From an uncultured Chloroflexia bacterium (GTDB lineage: Bacteria > Chloroflexota > Anaerolineae > Promineifilales > UBA4811): a stretch of DNA of 64,000 nucleotides. The notes under the pieces were generated by a model. It saw only the letters and a program-made list of their open reading frames with translations, searched no databases and had not been told where the DNA came from. The stretch spans positions 318,352-382,351 of the forward strand of contig CAVPPE010000003.1 in the NCBI GenBank assembly GCA_963707345.1, given 5' to 3'. Shown one piece after another: positions 44,321-53,953 of the stretch; within the stretch, counting starts at the first letter, position 1; every line of letters starts with the position of its first letter. Position numbers and translations under genes: made by a program.

Positions 44321-45175
44321 CTACCCGGCGATGATAGCGCCAATCTCCTCTGCGCGGCGTACAATCCCGGCCGCTACCGTCTCGCACTGTTCGGTCAGTA
44401 GGTGGGGTGCGCCAATGAGCACGCCTTCCGCCTGGGCCAGGGCGGCAAAAATCTGTCTTAACAAGCGCTGGGCCTCGGTTGGCCGGCGGCCCAGAGCGTC
44501 CAGCGTTTTTTCTGCCTGAATGGTGTGCTGGCGCAGGTGCGAGTCAAACCGGTGCAGGCGAAATCGGATGGGTATCGGTTCGCCTTCCCACCAGAGGGTA
44601 GGCAGGTCTACCTCGTCATCGCCAATATCTGCCAGGTCCCGCAGAACGCGCCGGTGATGGGCTCGATAATTCGCCAGGGTGACGCTCAAGGAGGCCTGGT
44701 CCATCATCTCTTCAAATTCATCCCAGTTGCCGAGAATGTTTTCCGTCTCCTGGTCGGAGATCAGGGTGGGGCCGGCCGATCCCGTGCGGTGTTGGGTGAT
44801 GGCGTGCCAGATCACGGCAAAAAAGCCGCGATCGGCCGCCAGCGTGTGGCCCAGGATAACCCGCAGTGGCCATTCTCCCTCGGCCGGGGGCCGGTCGAGA
44901 ACGGCATCGCTAGCCAGCAAGGCGACGGCCAGAAGGTCGTAAAAGGCCGCGTGATATTGGGCCAGCGCCTGCTGGGCAACGGTCACGGCCGGGCCTGATG
45001 CCTGCCGCGCAACGGCCAATTCCACGGCTAGATGGCGCAATTCCTCGTAGGTGCGAAAGAAGGCAAAACGGACGCCTTCCTCGTAGGCCCCCCATTGCCA
45101 CGGCCGCACCAGTTGGGTGTCCTCCAGGCCTTGAGTGGTTTCCGCCCAGGTGGTGATTGCTTGCGATAAGTTCAT
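44321..45175 (-). CDS. DinB-like (DinB_2 / four-helix-bundle metal-binding) protein
   Basis: 284 aa, helical, with His-containing segments (ILGHTLAADRGF, FDSHLRQHTIQ) reminiscent of DinB-superfamily metal ligands. This is a weak assignment. Confidence 0.4.
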   Translation of the reverse strand: MNLSQAITTWAETTQGLEDTQLVRPWQWGAYEEGVRFAFFRTYEELRHLAVELAVARQASGPAVTVAQQALAQYHAAFYDLLAVALLASDAVLDRPPAEGEWPLRVILGHTLAADRGFFAVIWHAITQHRTGSAGPTLISDQETENILGNWDEFEEMMDQASLSVTLANYRAHHRRVLRDLADIGDDEVDLPTLWWEGEPIPIRFRLHRFDSHLRQHTIQAEKTLDALGRRPTEAQRLLRQIFAALAQAEGVLIGAPHLLTEQCETVAAGIVRRAEEIGAIIAG

Positions 45176-46764
45176 CTTGACTCCTCGGATGGTTCCAGCG
45201 AGCTGAAATAATCGCGGACGTAGCTGCGCAGGCCCAGCGGGATGTGCTGCTGATCCAGCGCCTGGTTGGCGGCGTCCCGGTACTGCGCAAAGACCTGGCG
45301 GTAGGGAACGGTGCTCCGGCCGGTTTCCGGGTTGGACGGGAGCAGGCGGACCAACTCGCCGGGATCGTTACCCTGCTCCAGTTCCATTTCGGGACCGCCT
45401 TCGCCACCCAATCGTTGCGGTGCGTAAATCGACTCGTACTGGCTCAAGCCACCGTCGCCTGGCTGGTTGCCCGCTTGCATGGGGCGGGCCTGACCGCCGG
45501 CCCCTTCACCACTCCCCTCGCCGCTGCCGGCCCCGCTGCCGCCCGCGCCGGGCTGTTGGCCCTGGTTGCCCTGGTTGCCTCCCGCACCAGGCTGTTGTCC
45601 CTGGTTACCCGGGCCACTGCCCGCCTGCGCAATCTGCTGGCCGCTCTGGGCCAGTTGCCCGGCCGCTTGTTGAGCAGCCTGGGCGGCCGCGATCATCTGA
45701 CCGGTCTGGCTCATAGTTTGCGAGGCCTGGGCAAGGGCTTGTTGTGCGGCTGCCATGTCGCCACTCTGGATGTTCTGGGCGGCTTGCGCCAGTTGCTCAG
45801 CCAGATCCGGGTTGCTGCCCGCCAGCTCGGCGGCCGCTGCTGCCAGTTCTCCAGCCAACTCTAATTCCTGCTCGCGAGTCAGTTGCTCGCCCAGTTCGGT
45901 GGAAAGGCTCTCCAGCAGCGCGGCCGCCTGCTGAAAATCACCGTTCAGCAGCGCCTCTGCAAGCGGGCTGGTGAGCGCGTTATTCTGCAGAGCGGCGGCC
46001 GCGGCCTGTAATCCGGCGGCTTGTTGACCGGTCGTGTCGCTGGTCAACTCCCGCAACCGGTCGGCGGTGGCGTTCAGCTCGGCCAGCGCCTCTTCCCGGG
46101 TCAGGTCGCCGGCCCGCAGTTGTTCCACCGCGCCATCCAGGATGCGGAGTAGCGTCTCCCGGTCCGCTTCGGAGAGCTGATCGTCGGCCGAAATCTCCTC
46201 TCGGAGCGCTTCAATCTCTTCAATCTGTGCTTCAATCGCTTCGCGGACGGCCGCCCGGTCGGCCAGTTGGGCCTGCATGGGATTAGGCAGCCAGATGGCG
46301 GCCACCAACAGCGCGGCGGCCAGCGCTGCCAGCAACCCGTCGCGGCGCGGGAGTTGCAACGGAATAGCTGCGGTTGCCTCGGCCGCCTCGGCCGCCTGTA
46401 AAGCGTTCTGCAATTGTGCCTGCGCCCAACCTTCAGGCAGGTTAATGCGGCCTTGCTGGATCTCCACGGCCGTGCTGGCCCGCTCCTTGAGCCCCAGCCG
46501 GTGGTCAAAAAGACGGGCTTGCTCTAGCGCCGAGATGGGCCAGGCCCACACCAGGATCAGGGCAGCTGCCAGCCCCATCACCGCCCACAGCCCGCCAATC
46601 GCCATCAGCCAGGTTGGTGCCAGCAGGGGCCAGACGCGGGCCGCCAGCGCGATTAGCACGCCGACCGCTAACCCGGCCGACAATCCACGCACGCCCCAAG
46701 CCAAGCTTTGTGCTGCCCGGCGGCGGCGGTCCCATCGGCGGAGGTATTCTGCCAGTTGTGTCAT
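45172..46764 (-). CDS. Membrane protein with two N-terminal TM helices, long coiled-coil/low-complexity region and conserved C-terminus (DUF4175-like)
   Basis: TM helices GLAVGVLIALAARVW and MAIGGLWAVMGLAAALILVWAW, an A/Q/E-rich central part, a GNQGQQPGAGG duplication, and C-terminal ...IPLGLRSYVRDYFSSLEP. ATGA overlaps at both ends. Confidence 0.5.
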   Translation of the reverse strand: MTQLAEYLRRWDRRRRAAQSLAWGVRGLSAGLAVGVLIALAARVWPLLAPTWLMAIGGLWAVMGLAAALILVWAWPISALEQARLFDHRLGLKERASTAVEIQQGRINLPEGWAQAQLQNALQAAEAAEATAAIPLQLPRRDGLLAALAAALLVAAIWLPNPMQAQLADRAAVREAIEAQIEEIEALREEISADDQLSEADRETLLRILDGAVEQLRAGDLTREEALAELNATADRLRELTSDTTGQQAAGLQAAAAALQNNALTSPLAEALLNGDFQQAAALLESLSTELGEQLTREQELELAGELAAAAAELAGSNPDLAEQLAQAAQNIQSGDMAAAQQALAQASQTMSQTGQMIAAAQAAQQAAGQLAQSGQQIAQAGSGPGNQGQQPGAGGNQGNQGQQPGAGGSGAGSGEGSGEGAGGQARPMQAGNQPGDGGLSQYESIYAPQRLGGEGGPEMELEQGNDPGELVRLLPSNPETGRSTVPYRQVFAQYRDAANQALDQQHIPLGLRSYVRDYFSSLEPSEESR

Positions 46765-47750
46765 TGCTCCACTCGCCGCACACGGCGCACAGCCAGCCAG
46801 TAAGCCATCAGCGCGACCAACGCGTAAAAGAGCACGTAGACCAGCCAGGGAGAGACCAACCAGATAGTAGAGATGGGCGCGGGTGAGCCGGGATAGGTGA
46901 TATCAAAAAACCAGATGGTCTGTTCCTGGATTAGCACCAGTTCGCTGGCGATGATGGTGGCGATTGGGTTGATGGCGAGGAGAAAACCGCCGACGTAGAT
47001 GAGCGCCGTGATGAGAAGCCAGTGGGGTTCCTCGGTGCCAAACACGGTCGCGCCGGCAAATCCCAGAATAGGCGAAAGCACAGAAATAATCAGCGGCAGC
47101 CCGCCGGTGGTGAGAAAAGCAAAAGCATAACTCAGCACAGTGGCGGAGAGGGTGGTCTTGACGCGGCTGGAGATGTAGGTGCTGACCGCGCCCAATGAGA
47201 CGGCCGTGACCAGCAAGATGAGTTGGGACAGGATGACTTCCTCAATCGCGACCCCGCCCAGCAGAAAAGCCATACTCTCCAGCGGCACGGCCGCCAGGAT
47301 GAGCAGTACCACATATGACAGGGCAGACACCAACTTGCCGGTAACCAATGTCGGGGCGGTGAGCAGGGTGGTGCGCAACAGGTCGTAAGTTTGTCGCTCC
47401 CGCTCCCCGCTGATGGTGCCGGCCGTGAACGCCGGGGTGAAAAAGATGACCAGCAGCACCTGCGCACCCAGTACACCGCCAAAAACCACCTTGCCGATCG
47501 TGTAGGAATCTGGGCCGTAAGGCTGCTGGGCGGCCGAGGCATAGGCAAAGTAAAGCACCGACGTAAAGCAGGAAAGGACCAGCAGATAGATGGTGAGGAC
47601 GACAAAAGCGCGCCGGCCGCGCATCCGGCCGCGCAGTTCCTTTCGAATGACGGGGTTCTCCCAGAGCGAGGCGATGAAGGACCAGGGACGCAGGGCCAAC
47701 GGCCGTCCTCGGTTTTTGTCTTTTGTGGCGTGTCTTTCTTCTGTGGTCAT
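46761..47750 (-). CDS. ABC-2 type permease (GldF/NosY-like)
   Basis: 329 aa, about 6 hydrophobic helices, NPVIRKELRGR N-terminal motif. Coupled by ATGA to the upstream ATPase. Confidence 0.7.
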   Translation of the reverse strand: MTTEERHATKDKNRGRPLALRPWSFIASLWENPVIRKELRGRMRGRRAFVVLTIYLLVLSCFTSVLYFAYASAAQQPYGPDSYTIGKVVFGGVLGAQVLLVIFFTPAFTAGTISGERERQTYDLLRTTLLTAPTLVTGKLVSALSYVVLLILAAVPLESMAFLLGGVAIEEVILSQLILLVTAVSLGAVSTYISSRVKTTLSATVLSYAFAFLTTGGLPLIISVLSPILGFAGATVFGTEEPHWLLITALIYVGGFLLAINPIATIIASELVLIQEQTIWFFDITYPGSPAPISTIWLVSPWLVYVLFYALVALMAYWLAVRRVRRVEQ

Positions 47751-48715
47751 GAAACGATCCCCCGTGTCACCTGCAAAAAGAGGTCCTCCAGGTCGCTAAT
47801 TTCCTCGGCAAACGAAATGATGCCCAGGTCTTGCTTTACCAGTGTGGACAGGGTGGCGCTCAGTTCAGCGTCCGTGCCCGCAAAGTCAAAGAGCAACTCG
47901 CCCGGCCGGGGCTGGCCGTTGTGGCTGGCCGGCCGGATGTCGGTCACGCCCGGCAGGCCAAACAGCGCAGCCTGTGCAGCAGTGGTCTCGCCCAGCACAC
48001 GCACACGCACGGAGCGGTGCGGCCGGAGGTGGCGTTGCATCTCCTCAATGTTGCCGGTGGCTACCAGCCGGCCGTCCTCGATCACCCCGATGTGGGTGCA
48101 GATGTCGGCCACTTCCGAGAGGATGTGGGAGGAGAAAAAGATGGTTTTGCCCATGTTGCGCAGCTCGCGCAGCAACTCTCGGATTTCAATCCGGGCGCGG
48201 GGGTCCAGCCCGGAGGCCGGCTCGTCCAGAACTAGCACCTGCGGGTCGTGGGCCAGGGTGCGGGCCAGGCAGAGCCGCTGCTTCATTCCACGGCTCAAGC
48301 TGTCCACCATGTCGTCGCGCCGGTGGCCAAGGTCCACCAGTGCCAACAGGTCGTCGCAGATGCTCGTGCGCTGTTCGGCCGGCAGGCCATAGCTGGCGGC
48401 AAAAAAGTCCAGATATTCCCACACCTTCATGTCGTCGTAGACGCCAAAAAAGTCGGGCATATAGCCGATGGCGCGGCGCACCCCGCGCGGGTCTTTGGCA
48501 ATCGAGCAACCCGCTACCCACGCTTCCCCGGCCGTTGGCTGGAGAAGCGTCGTCAACATGCGCATGGTGGTGGTTTTGCCCGCGCCGTTGGGCCCAATAA
48601 AGCCAAAGACCGAGCCTTCTTCGATGGTGACGGTCAGGTCGTTGACCGCCAGCCGGTCGCCCGGCCGGCTTTTGTATCGCTTGGACAAGCCGCGGGTTTC
48701 GATGATGGTGCTCAT
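47747..48715 (-). CDS. ABC transporter ATP-binding protein (GldA-like)
   Basis: Walker A GPNGAGKTT, signature LSRGMKQRL, Walker B VLVLDEPASGLD, H-loop SSHILSE. Confidence 0.9.
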   Translation of the reverse strand: MSTIIETRGLSKRYKSRPGDRLAVNDLTVTIEEGSVFGFIGPNGAGKTTTMRMLTTLLQPTAGEAWVAGCSIAKDPRGVRRAIGYMPDFFGVYDDMKVWEYLDFFAASYGLPAEQRTSICDDLLALVDLGHRRDDMVDSLSRGMKQRLCLARTLAHDPQVLVLDEPASGLDPRARIEIRELLRELRNMGKTIFFSSHILSEVADICTHIGVIEDGRLVATGNIEEMQRHLRPHRSVRVRVLGETTAAQAALFGLPGVTDIRPASHNGQPRPGELLFDFAGTDAELSATLSTLVKQDLGIISFAEEISDLEDLFLQVTRGIVS

Positions 48716-51111
48716 TGCACGGTCCCTTTGTAGGTGACTTCAAGCCGGTTGAAATTGTGGCTGGCCATACCATTGTTTTCCAGTCGCACGCGCACTGCGT
48801 TGCTGGGCCCCACAAAGCGGCCGGGATTAGCGATCAGATTATCGCCGTCTTGAAGGTTTTCCTGCACCATCCAGCTTTCCGTCTGCCAGTCCCACAGCGA
48901 AATCCGTATCGCTTGCAGGGCGCTGGATTGTAGGCTGATGGATAGCGTTAGCTCGGTCACTGTGTCCAGCCGGAACGAGTCCCAGGGTTGGAACTGAAAG
49001 CTGGTTGTGCCGGTCGTCAAGTAAAATTGGTAGGGGCCGTTCTCAGCCGAGCCCCGGCTGTCCAGCACCTGCCAGGTGGTCAGCGCCGGTGGAATCAGCC
49101 ACTCTCCCTGGGTGGCGGCGATGGGGGCCAGGCGAACATCGAGAAAGTAACCCACGGTGTCCAGTACCTCGCTCTCATTTCCAGCTACCTCTACCGGCCA
49201 CAAGTACTCGTTGGACCAGGCAAAGAAGGTAACCGATTGGACGGCGCCAGAGTCCCCTTCCGGTGGTGTGAGAAACGCTTGCAGCAGCTGGTAGCGGCGG
49301 TTCAAGTTCGGGTCGTTCCAGTAGTTGTTCCCACCGACCAGTTTCCCTATGTCGATCTGATAGAAAAATGGGGTGTAGCCGTAAGAGACCCCGGCCGGGT
49401 TGGGCGCTGTTGAACGGGTCGCCCGGCCGAGGCTCAGTCGCTCGTTGACCTGCACCGACTGGCCTGGCGTCAGCTCCCCCAACGCAAAGACCGACTCGCC
49501 GACCAGCAGACCGGCGTTGGACAGCGTGATGGTGCTCCGGTTGGTGACCCGGCCGGTTAGCCGGGGGGGGGAACTGGTGTCGATGGCCAGGTCGGCGCTC
49601 ACGGCCGGCGCGGCAAGCAGCGAATCTGCCCGGAAAGCACGCAACCCGCTAACGTCTACCTGCAAGTCGCGCAACACCGTCCGATCACCCTGCTGCTCCA
49701 CGGTTGCCTGGCTTTGCCCGCCCAACCCGCCAAAGGTGTCGTCTACCAGCGGCCGGATCAGTGTACCTTCGGCAAAGCCGACGTCGTAGCTGGCACGGCT
49801 GGGCGAAAAGATCCCGATCAGTGAACGGGCTTGGGCTACCTCCGCACCGGCTGTGCCGTGCACCAACGAGAGCCGGTTGATAATGACCTCCCCGCCGCGC
49901 AACTGAAAACCCGTGACGTAAGCTAATCCACTGAATAGCAAAATGAGCGCCGGGATGCTGAACCAGGCCAGTTCGCGCCTGCCCATTCGGCGCAGCACCC
50001 AGTAGTTGACCGGGCCGACCAGCACTGTGTACGCCAGCAGGAACAGCACCATTTGCAGCGTGGACGGCAGCGCCAGCGATGGGATTGACCTGAGCCCATC
50101 GCGTGCGGACCAGCCGTTGATGGAAGGGTTATTCCAGAGCGTACTGCTCTGGGTGCCACCCAGCAGGGTTCGCCAAAGGTGCTCGTTTCCAGCCCAGTCC
50201 CGCAGCGGGGCAAGCGCCAGGTCCAGCGCCAGCCAGGTCATCGTGCCGGCCCCCCACTCCTGCTGGGCCGCCAGTGGAAGATCGTCCTGAGCCGCCAGGA
50301 CCCGGCCGGCCGTCACCCGTCCTTGCGCTGCCACAAAAGGCCCCGCTCCGACGCCGTTGCCGGTCAGATCCTTGAGCGCGGATAAACTGAAAACGGATGC
50401 GCTGCCGCTGATCTCGACCGGCAGTAGGTCCGCCAGCCCGGCGGTGGTTTTTTGCCAGTTGGGGCCGCCTGTGATGACTAGGTGCCCGCCGGCCATTAGC
50501 CAATCGCGCAATGCCTGGTTCTGCGCTGTGGTCAGCTTGCCTGTGTCCACGTCGTTCAGGATGAGGACGTTGAGCGCATTCCAGGCGGGGCTTGCGGAGG
50601 GCAGCTCGTCTAGGTCTAGGTATGCCACGCGGGCCGGCCCTTTGCTTTGGCTTAGAACCGACATGTCAACCGTCTGGTCGCTGACGACGGCGTACAATTG
50701 GCTGTCACCCGGAACCCGGGTCAGGTTGGAGAAGCGCTGTTTGGCCAGCGTTTGGTCATCGGACACCAATTCCACCGTGAGGGCGCTGGCATATTTATCT
50801 ATTCCTACATATAGGGTGACCGTTTTGCGCGACTGCCCAGGCAGGCTGAGGGGGGCCTGGTAGCGGATTTGGTCGCCGGGCGAGTTGCCGACTTGGTCGA
50901 TAACCAGGTATCCCTCCACATCCGGGCCCGAATTGGCCACCGTGACGCGAACTGGCGTCCAATAGCCGGTCCTATAAAAGCCGTCAAAGCCCACCTCGGC
51001 CGTCAGCGTGATGGGGTTATCCTCATCCTGGGCCAGCGCCAGGCCGGCCGGCTGGCTCAGAATGGCCAGCAGCCAGATGCTAATCAGAATGATCCTTGCT
51101 CGTGATGACAC
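48712..51111 (-). CDS. Large secreted/membrane protein with a GATase1-like (GldG/ABC_transp_aux-like) domain
   Basis: GTG 51111 is preceded by GGAG. Signal peptide SSRARIILISIWLLAILSQPAGLALA. Segment NVLILNDVDTGKLTTAQNQALRDWLMAGGHLVITGGPNW is typical of GldG/DUF4350-type folds. Internal TM pair (VLFLLAYTVLVGPVNYWVL..., FSIPALILLFSGLAYVTGF). The long C-terminal part is beta-rich. Confidence 0.55.
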   Translation of the reverse strand: MSSRARIILISIWLLAILSQPAGLALAQDEDNPITLTAEVGFDGFYRTGYWTPVRVTVANSGPDVEGYLVIDQVGNSPGDQIRYQAPLSLPGQSRKTVTLYVGIDKYASALTVELVSDDQTLAKQRFSNLTRVPGDSQLYAVVSDQTVDMSVLSQSKGPARVAYLDLDELPSASPAWNALNVLILNDVDTGKLTTAQNQALRDWLMAGGHLVITGGPNWQKTTAGLADLLPVEISGSASVFSLSALKDLTGNGVGAGPFVAAQGRVTAGRVLAAQDDLPLAAQQEWGAGTMTWLALDLALAPLRDWAGNEHLWRTLLGGTQSSTLWNNPSINGWSARDGLRSIPSLALPSTLQMVLFLLAYTVLVGPVNYWVLRRMGRRELAWFSIPALILLFSGLAYVTGFQLRGGEVIINRLSLVHGTAGAEVAQARSLIGIFSPSRASYDVGFAEGTLIRPLVDDTFGGLGGQSQATVEQQGDRTVLRDLQVDVSGLRAFRADSLLAAPAVSADLAIDTSSPPRLTGRVTNRSTITLSNAGLLVGESVFALGELTPGQSVQVNERLSLGRATRSTAPNPAGVSYGYTPFFYQIDIGKLVGGNNYWNDPNLNRRYQLLQAFLTPPEGDSGAVQSVTFFAWSNEYLWPVEVAGNESEVLDTVGYFLDVRLAPIAATQGEWLIPPALTTWQVLDSRGSAENGPYQFYLTTGTTSFQFQPWDSFRLDTVTELTLSISLQSSALQAIRISLWDWQTESWMVQENLQDGDNLIANPGRFVGPSNAVRVRLENNGMASHNFNRLEVTYKGTVQ

Positions 51112-51257
51112 GAAACACTCCAATGCTACGGTCCTACAACGCGGGCCAAATCTCAACGGTTCCCGCTGATTATACCTGCTTGCCGGCCTGGTTGCCGTGC
51201 TGCTACCCGCCGGCCGCTCGACGCCTGCTCCACATGGTCAAAGGTGGTAAAATAGGG

Positions 51258-51542
51258 TCAAACAAACTCGATCTGGTAGTCCACTAATTGCAGGTCGTGC
51301 GGTCCGCTCTCTATCCAGCGGATGATGGTCTCCATCAGCCCGTGAAGATAGCCACTATCAGTGCCGACGGCCGCCAGCGCGATGGTTGCCGACTGCCACA
51401 GGTCGTGATTATCCACCTCGGCGGCCGAGACGTTGTACTCGCGGCGCAGGCGGACCAGCAATGGCTTTAGCCGGCCGCGCTTGCCTTTGAGCGAGCCATT
51501 GCCAGTCAGGTGGAGTTGGATGGTGCAGATGGCAACATGCAT
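51258..51542 (-). CDS. DUF503 family protein (YlxP-like)
   Basis: MHVAICTIQLHLTGNGSLKGKRGRLKPLLVRLRREYNVSAAEVDNHDLWQSATIALA matches the DUF503 pattern. 94 aa. Confidence 0.75.
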   Translation of the reverse strand: MHVAICTIQLHLTGNGSLKGKRGRLKPLLVRLRREYNVSAAEVDNHDLWQSATIALAAVGTDSGYLHGLMETIIRWIESGPHDLQLVDYQIEFV

Positions 51543-51627
51543 GTCGAATCCACGTAGTGTGTGCTGTGACGCCTGGTCGACGGCACAGTAGAATTATCGG
51601 TCAAACTATAGGTTTTGCCAATAGAAG

Positions 51628-52392
51628 GTGAGTGCTATGGCAAGTTATGAGGAGCAGCGCGGTGGTCCCAGCCTTGGGATCATCCTGGTCGTGATCTTGT
51701 TGATGGGCATCCTGGGTGCCCTGGTGGCTGGCGTGCTGGTGGTGCGCGATGCGATGCAAACGGCCGAAGGTGGGGTGGACAAGGTGCGCGAGTTGGGCGA
51801 AAGCCTGGTCAAACAGGCTACCCCAACCATCCGGCCGAACCCCGCGACCATCATCCACGAAATCCGGCCGCTAAGCCGCTTGGAGACCGTCTCTTACTCC
51901 GTGGAAAAGGTGGTGACGGCCGAGAAAAACCAGCAAGGGTTAGCGGACCTGCTGGGGCTGAATGAGAAGCTGCTCTTTGTGGCCCACGGGCAGGTGATTG
52001 CCGGCGTGGATCTGAGCAAGCTACGGGAAGAAGACATCACCATCACCGACGATAACACCGTCATCCTGGCGCTGCCCCCGGCCGAGATCTTTGTCGCCAC
52101 GCTGGACAACGAGAAATCGTACGTTTACGACCACGAGCGTGGCCTGCTCAACCGGGTCTTTGAGGAGCAGTCGGAACTGGAGACGCTGGCGCGGCAGGCG
52201 GCCGAGCGGGAGATCGAGAACGCGGCTATTGAGGATGGCATCCTGAATACGGCAACTATCAATGCGCAGCTCTTCATGCGGGCTTTTTTGACCGCATTGG
52301 GGTTTGACCGGGTGGTGTTTGAGGACGTGGTCCGGCCGCCAGGTGGCACACCTACCCCGACGGTGGCTGTGACGCCAACACCCGGCCAGTAG
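51628..52392 (+). CDS. DUF4230 domain membrane-anchored protein
   Basis: N-terminal TM, then IHEIRPLSRLETVSYSVEKVVTAE...LLFVAHGQVIAGVDLSKL...VILALPPAEIF, typical of DUF4230. Confidence 0.7.
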   Translation: MSAMASYEEQRGGPSLGIILVVILLMGILGALVAGVLVVRDAMQTAEGGVDKVRELGESLVKQATPTIRPNPATIIHEIRPLSRLETVSYSVEKVVTAEKNQQGLADLLGLNEKLLFVAHGQVIAGVDLSKLREEDITITDDNTVILALPPAEIFVATLDNEKSYVYDHERGLLNRVFEEQSELETLARQAAEREIENAAIEDGILNTATINAQLFMRAFLTALGFDRVVFEDVVRPPGGTPTPTVAVTPTPGQ

Positions 52393-52593
52393 TCACCTTT
52401 CCGGGTTTGGGTCAAAAACCTCTTCGATTGCTCGCCCAAACAGCGCAGCGATCTTGAATGCCAGTGGCAGGCTGGGATCGTATTTCTCAGTCTCGATGGC
52501 GTTGATGGTCTGCCGTGAAACCCCAAGGTGCTCAGCCAATTCAGCCTGTGACCAATCGCGTTCTGCCCGCAGCACTCGCAGATGATTCTTCAC
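52393..52593 (-). CDS. XRE-family HTH transcriptional regulator (YozG-like, 66 aa)
   Basis: LRVLRAERDWSQAELAEHLGVSRQTINAIETEKYDPSLPLAFKIAALF. Confidence 0.85.
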   Translation of the reverse strand: MKNHLRVLRAERDWSQAELAEHLGVSRQTINAIETEKYDPSLPLAFKIAALFGRAIEEVFDPNPER

Positions 52594-53024
52594 TTGAACC
52601 TCCGCTGTGCCATGCCATATCCCAGTGCCCAGAAGAAAACGATTGCAGCCGCAATCACGGCCGGATGAATGCCGTTATATTGGATAAACATCAAATCGCA
52701 TAACACCGAGGCGGCAAAAATCAGGAGTACAGTGTTAGCCAGGCTGAAGGCAAGTGCCTCCAACTGAAGTCGCTGTTGCAATTCGTCCAACTCGGTGACT
52801 GCGCGGGCAACCTGATAGCCTAGCAGGATCGCAGGAAAGATGGGGAGGGCCGACACGATCACATGCCAGAACCCCCAACGAACGGCTGAGATGGCCACTC
52901 GCGAAATGGCCAGCACGGCGATAAAGAGAGCTAGGCTGGCCCCAAGATGTCGTGCGCGTTTTTGTGTCAGATTCATCAATCCACCTCCGAGCAGGAAAGC
53001 AAACCTGAGACTATTGTAAAGCAT
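52590..53024 (-). CDS. 4-TM membrane protein co-transcribed with the XRE regulator
   Basis: 144 aa, four hydrophobic helices. The stop overlaps the regulator start by 4 nt. Confidence 0.55.
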   Translation of the reverse strand: MLYNSLRFAFLLGGGLMNLTQKRARHLGASLALFIAVLAISRVAISAVRWGFWHVIVSALPIFPAILLGYQVARAVTELDELQQRLQLEALAFSLANTVLLIFAASVLCDLMFIQYNGIHPAVIAAAIVFFWALGYGMAQRRFK

Positions 53025-53048
53025 ACTTTACAAAATGTCAAGCGAGCT

Positions 53049-53936
53049 TTACCGTGGCGATGGGTAGATAATCAACAGCCGGTCCCGGCCGGCATAGTCC
53101 TGTTGCAACTCGGCGGTGGCGGTGGGGAAACGAGCTTGCGCCAATGCCAACGCGGCCGGACCTTGCGCCGCGCCAATCTCCAATAGCACGGCCCCGCCGG
53201 GGCGCAGGGCGGCCGGGGCTTGTGCTAGCAGTCCGCGGACTAGGTCCAACCCGTCCGGCCCGCCGCGCAACGCCGCGGCCGGTTCGTGCTCCCGCACGCT
53301 GACGGGTAGATCGCCCCATTCACTGTCCGCCACGTACGGCAGGTTGGCGGCGATCAGGTGGACCCGGCCGGGCAGAGAAGATAGCAGGCTGCCGTGCAGG
53401 AAGGTGATTCGATCCACCACGCCGTGTACACGTGCGTTGTCGGCCGCTACGGCCAGCGCGGCCGGGCTGGCGTCAACCGCAAAGATGTGCCAGCGCGGCC
53501 GGTGGACCGCCAGCGTCACGGCGATGCCCCCGCTCCCCGTGCCAATGTCAGCAATTTGCATCGCCGACGTCGACGGCGCGAATTGGAGCGCGGCATCAAT
53601 CAGGTGTTCGGTCTCCGGTCGGGGGATGAGCGTGTCCGGGGTAACGCGGAACGACAAGCCGTAGAACTCGGCGCGGCCGGTGAGATACGGCAGCGGTTTG
53701 CCGGCTGCCAGTCGCGCCAGACCGGCGTCGAAACGCGCCGTCTGTTCGGCCGTCATCGGGTGTTCCGGCCGGGCCAGCAACTGTGTCCGGCTCAACCCGC
53801 AGACGTGCGCCAGCCAGAGTTGCGCATCCAGAGTAGGTGTGGGACTGCCGGACTGGCGCAAGCGCTCGACGGCCGGCAGCAGCCGCGCTTCCACGGTGGT
53901 CATGGTTGGATGGGGAGTTTCGATGGAGTGGGGCAA
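53049..53936 (-). CDS. prmC: Release factor glutamine N5-methyltransferase
   Basis: SAM motif IADIGTGSGGIA, NPPY-type motif IAANLPYV, and a position directly downstream of prfA. Confidence 0.85.
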   Translation of the reverse strand: MPHSIETPHPTMTTVEARLLPAVERLRQSGSPTPTLDAQLWLAHVCGLSRTQLLARPEHPMTAEQTARFDAGLARLAAGKPLPYLTGRAEFYGLSFRVTPDTLIPRPETEHLIDAALQFAPSTSAMQIADIGTGSGGIAVTLAVHRPRWHIFAVDASPAALAVAADNARVHGVVDRITFLHGSLLSSLPGRVHLIAANLPYVADSEWGDLPVSVREHEPAAALRGGPDGLDLVRGLLAQAPAALRPGGAVLLEIGAAQGPAALALAQARFPTATAELQQDYAGRDRLLIIYPSPR

Positions 53937-53953
53937 ATCATGCCGGCAGCCGA

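Noticed and set aside
51243-51258. Promoter-like TGGTAAAAT on the plus strand
   Set aside because: It would fire antisense through the DUF503 gene (51258..51542). It has no -35 and no downstream plus-strand gene until 51628, so it is probably fortuitous.
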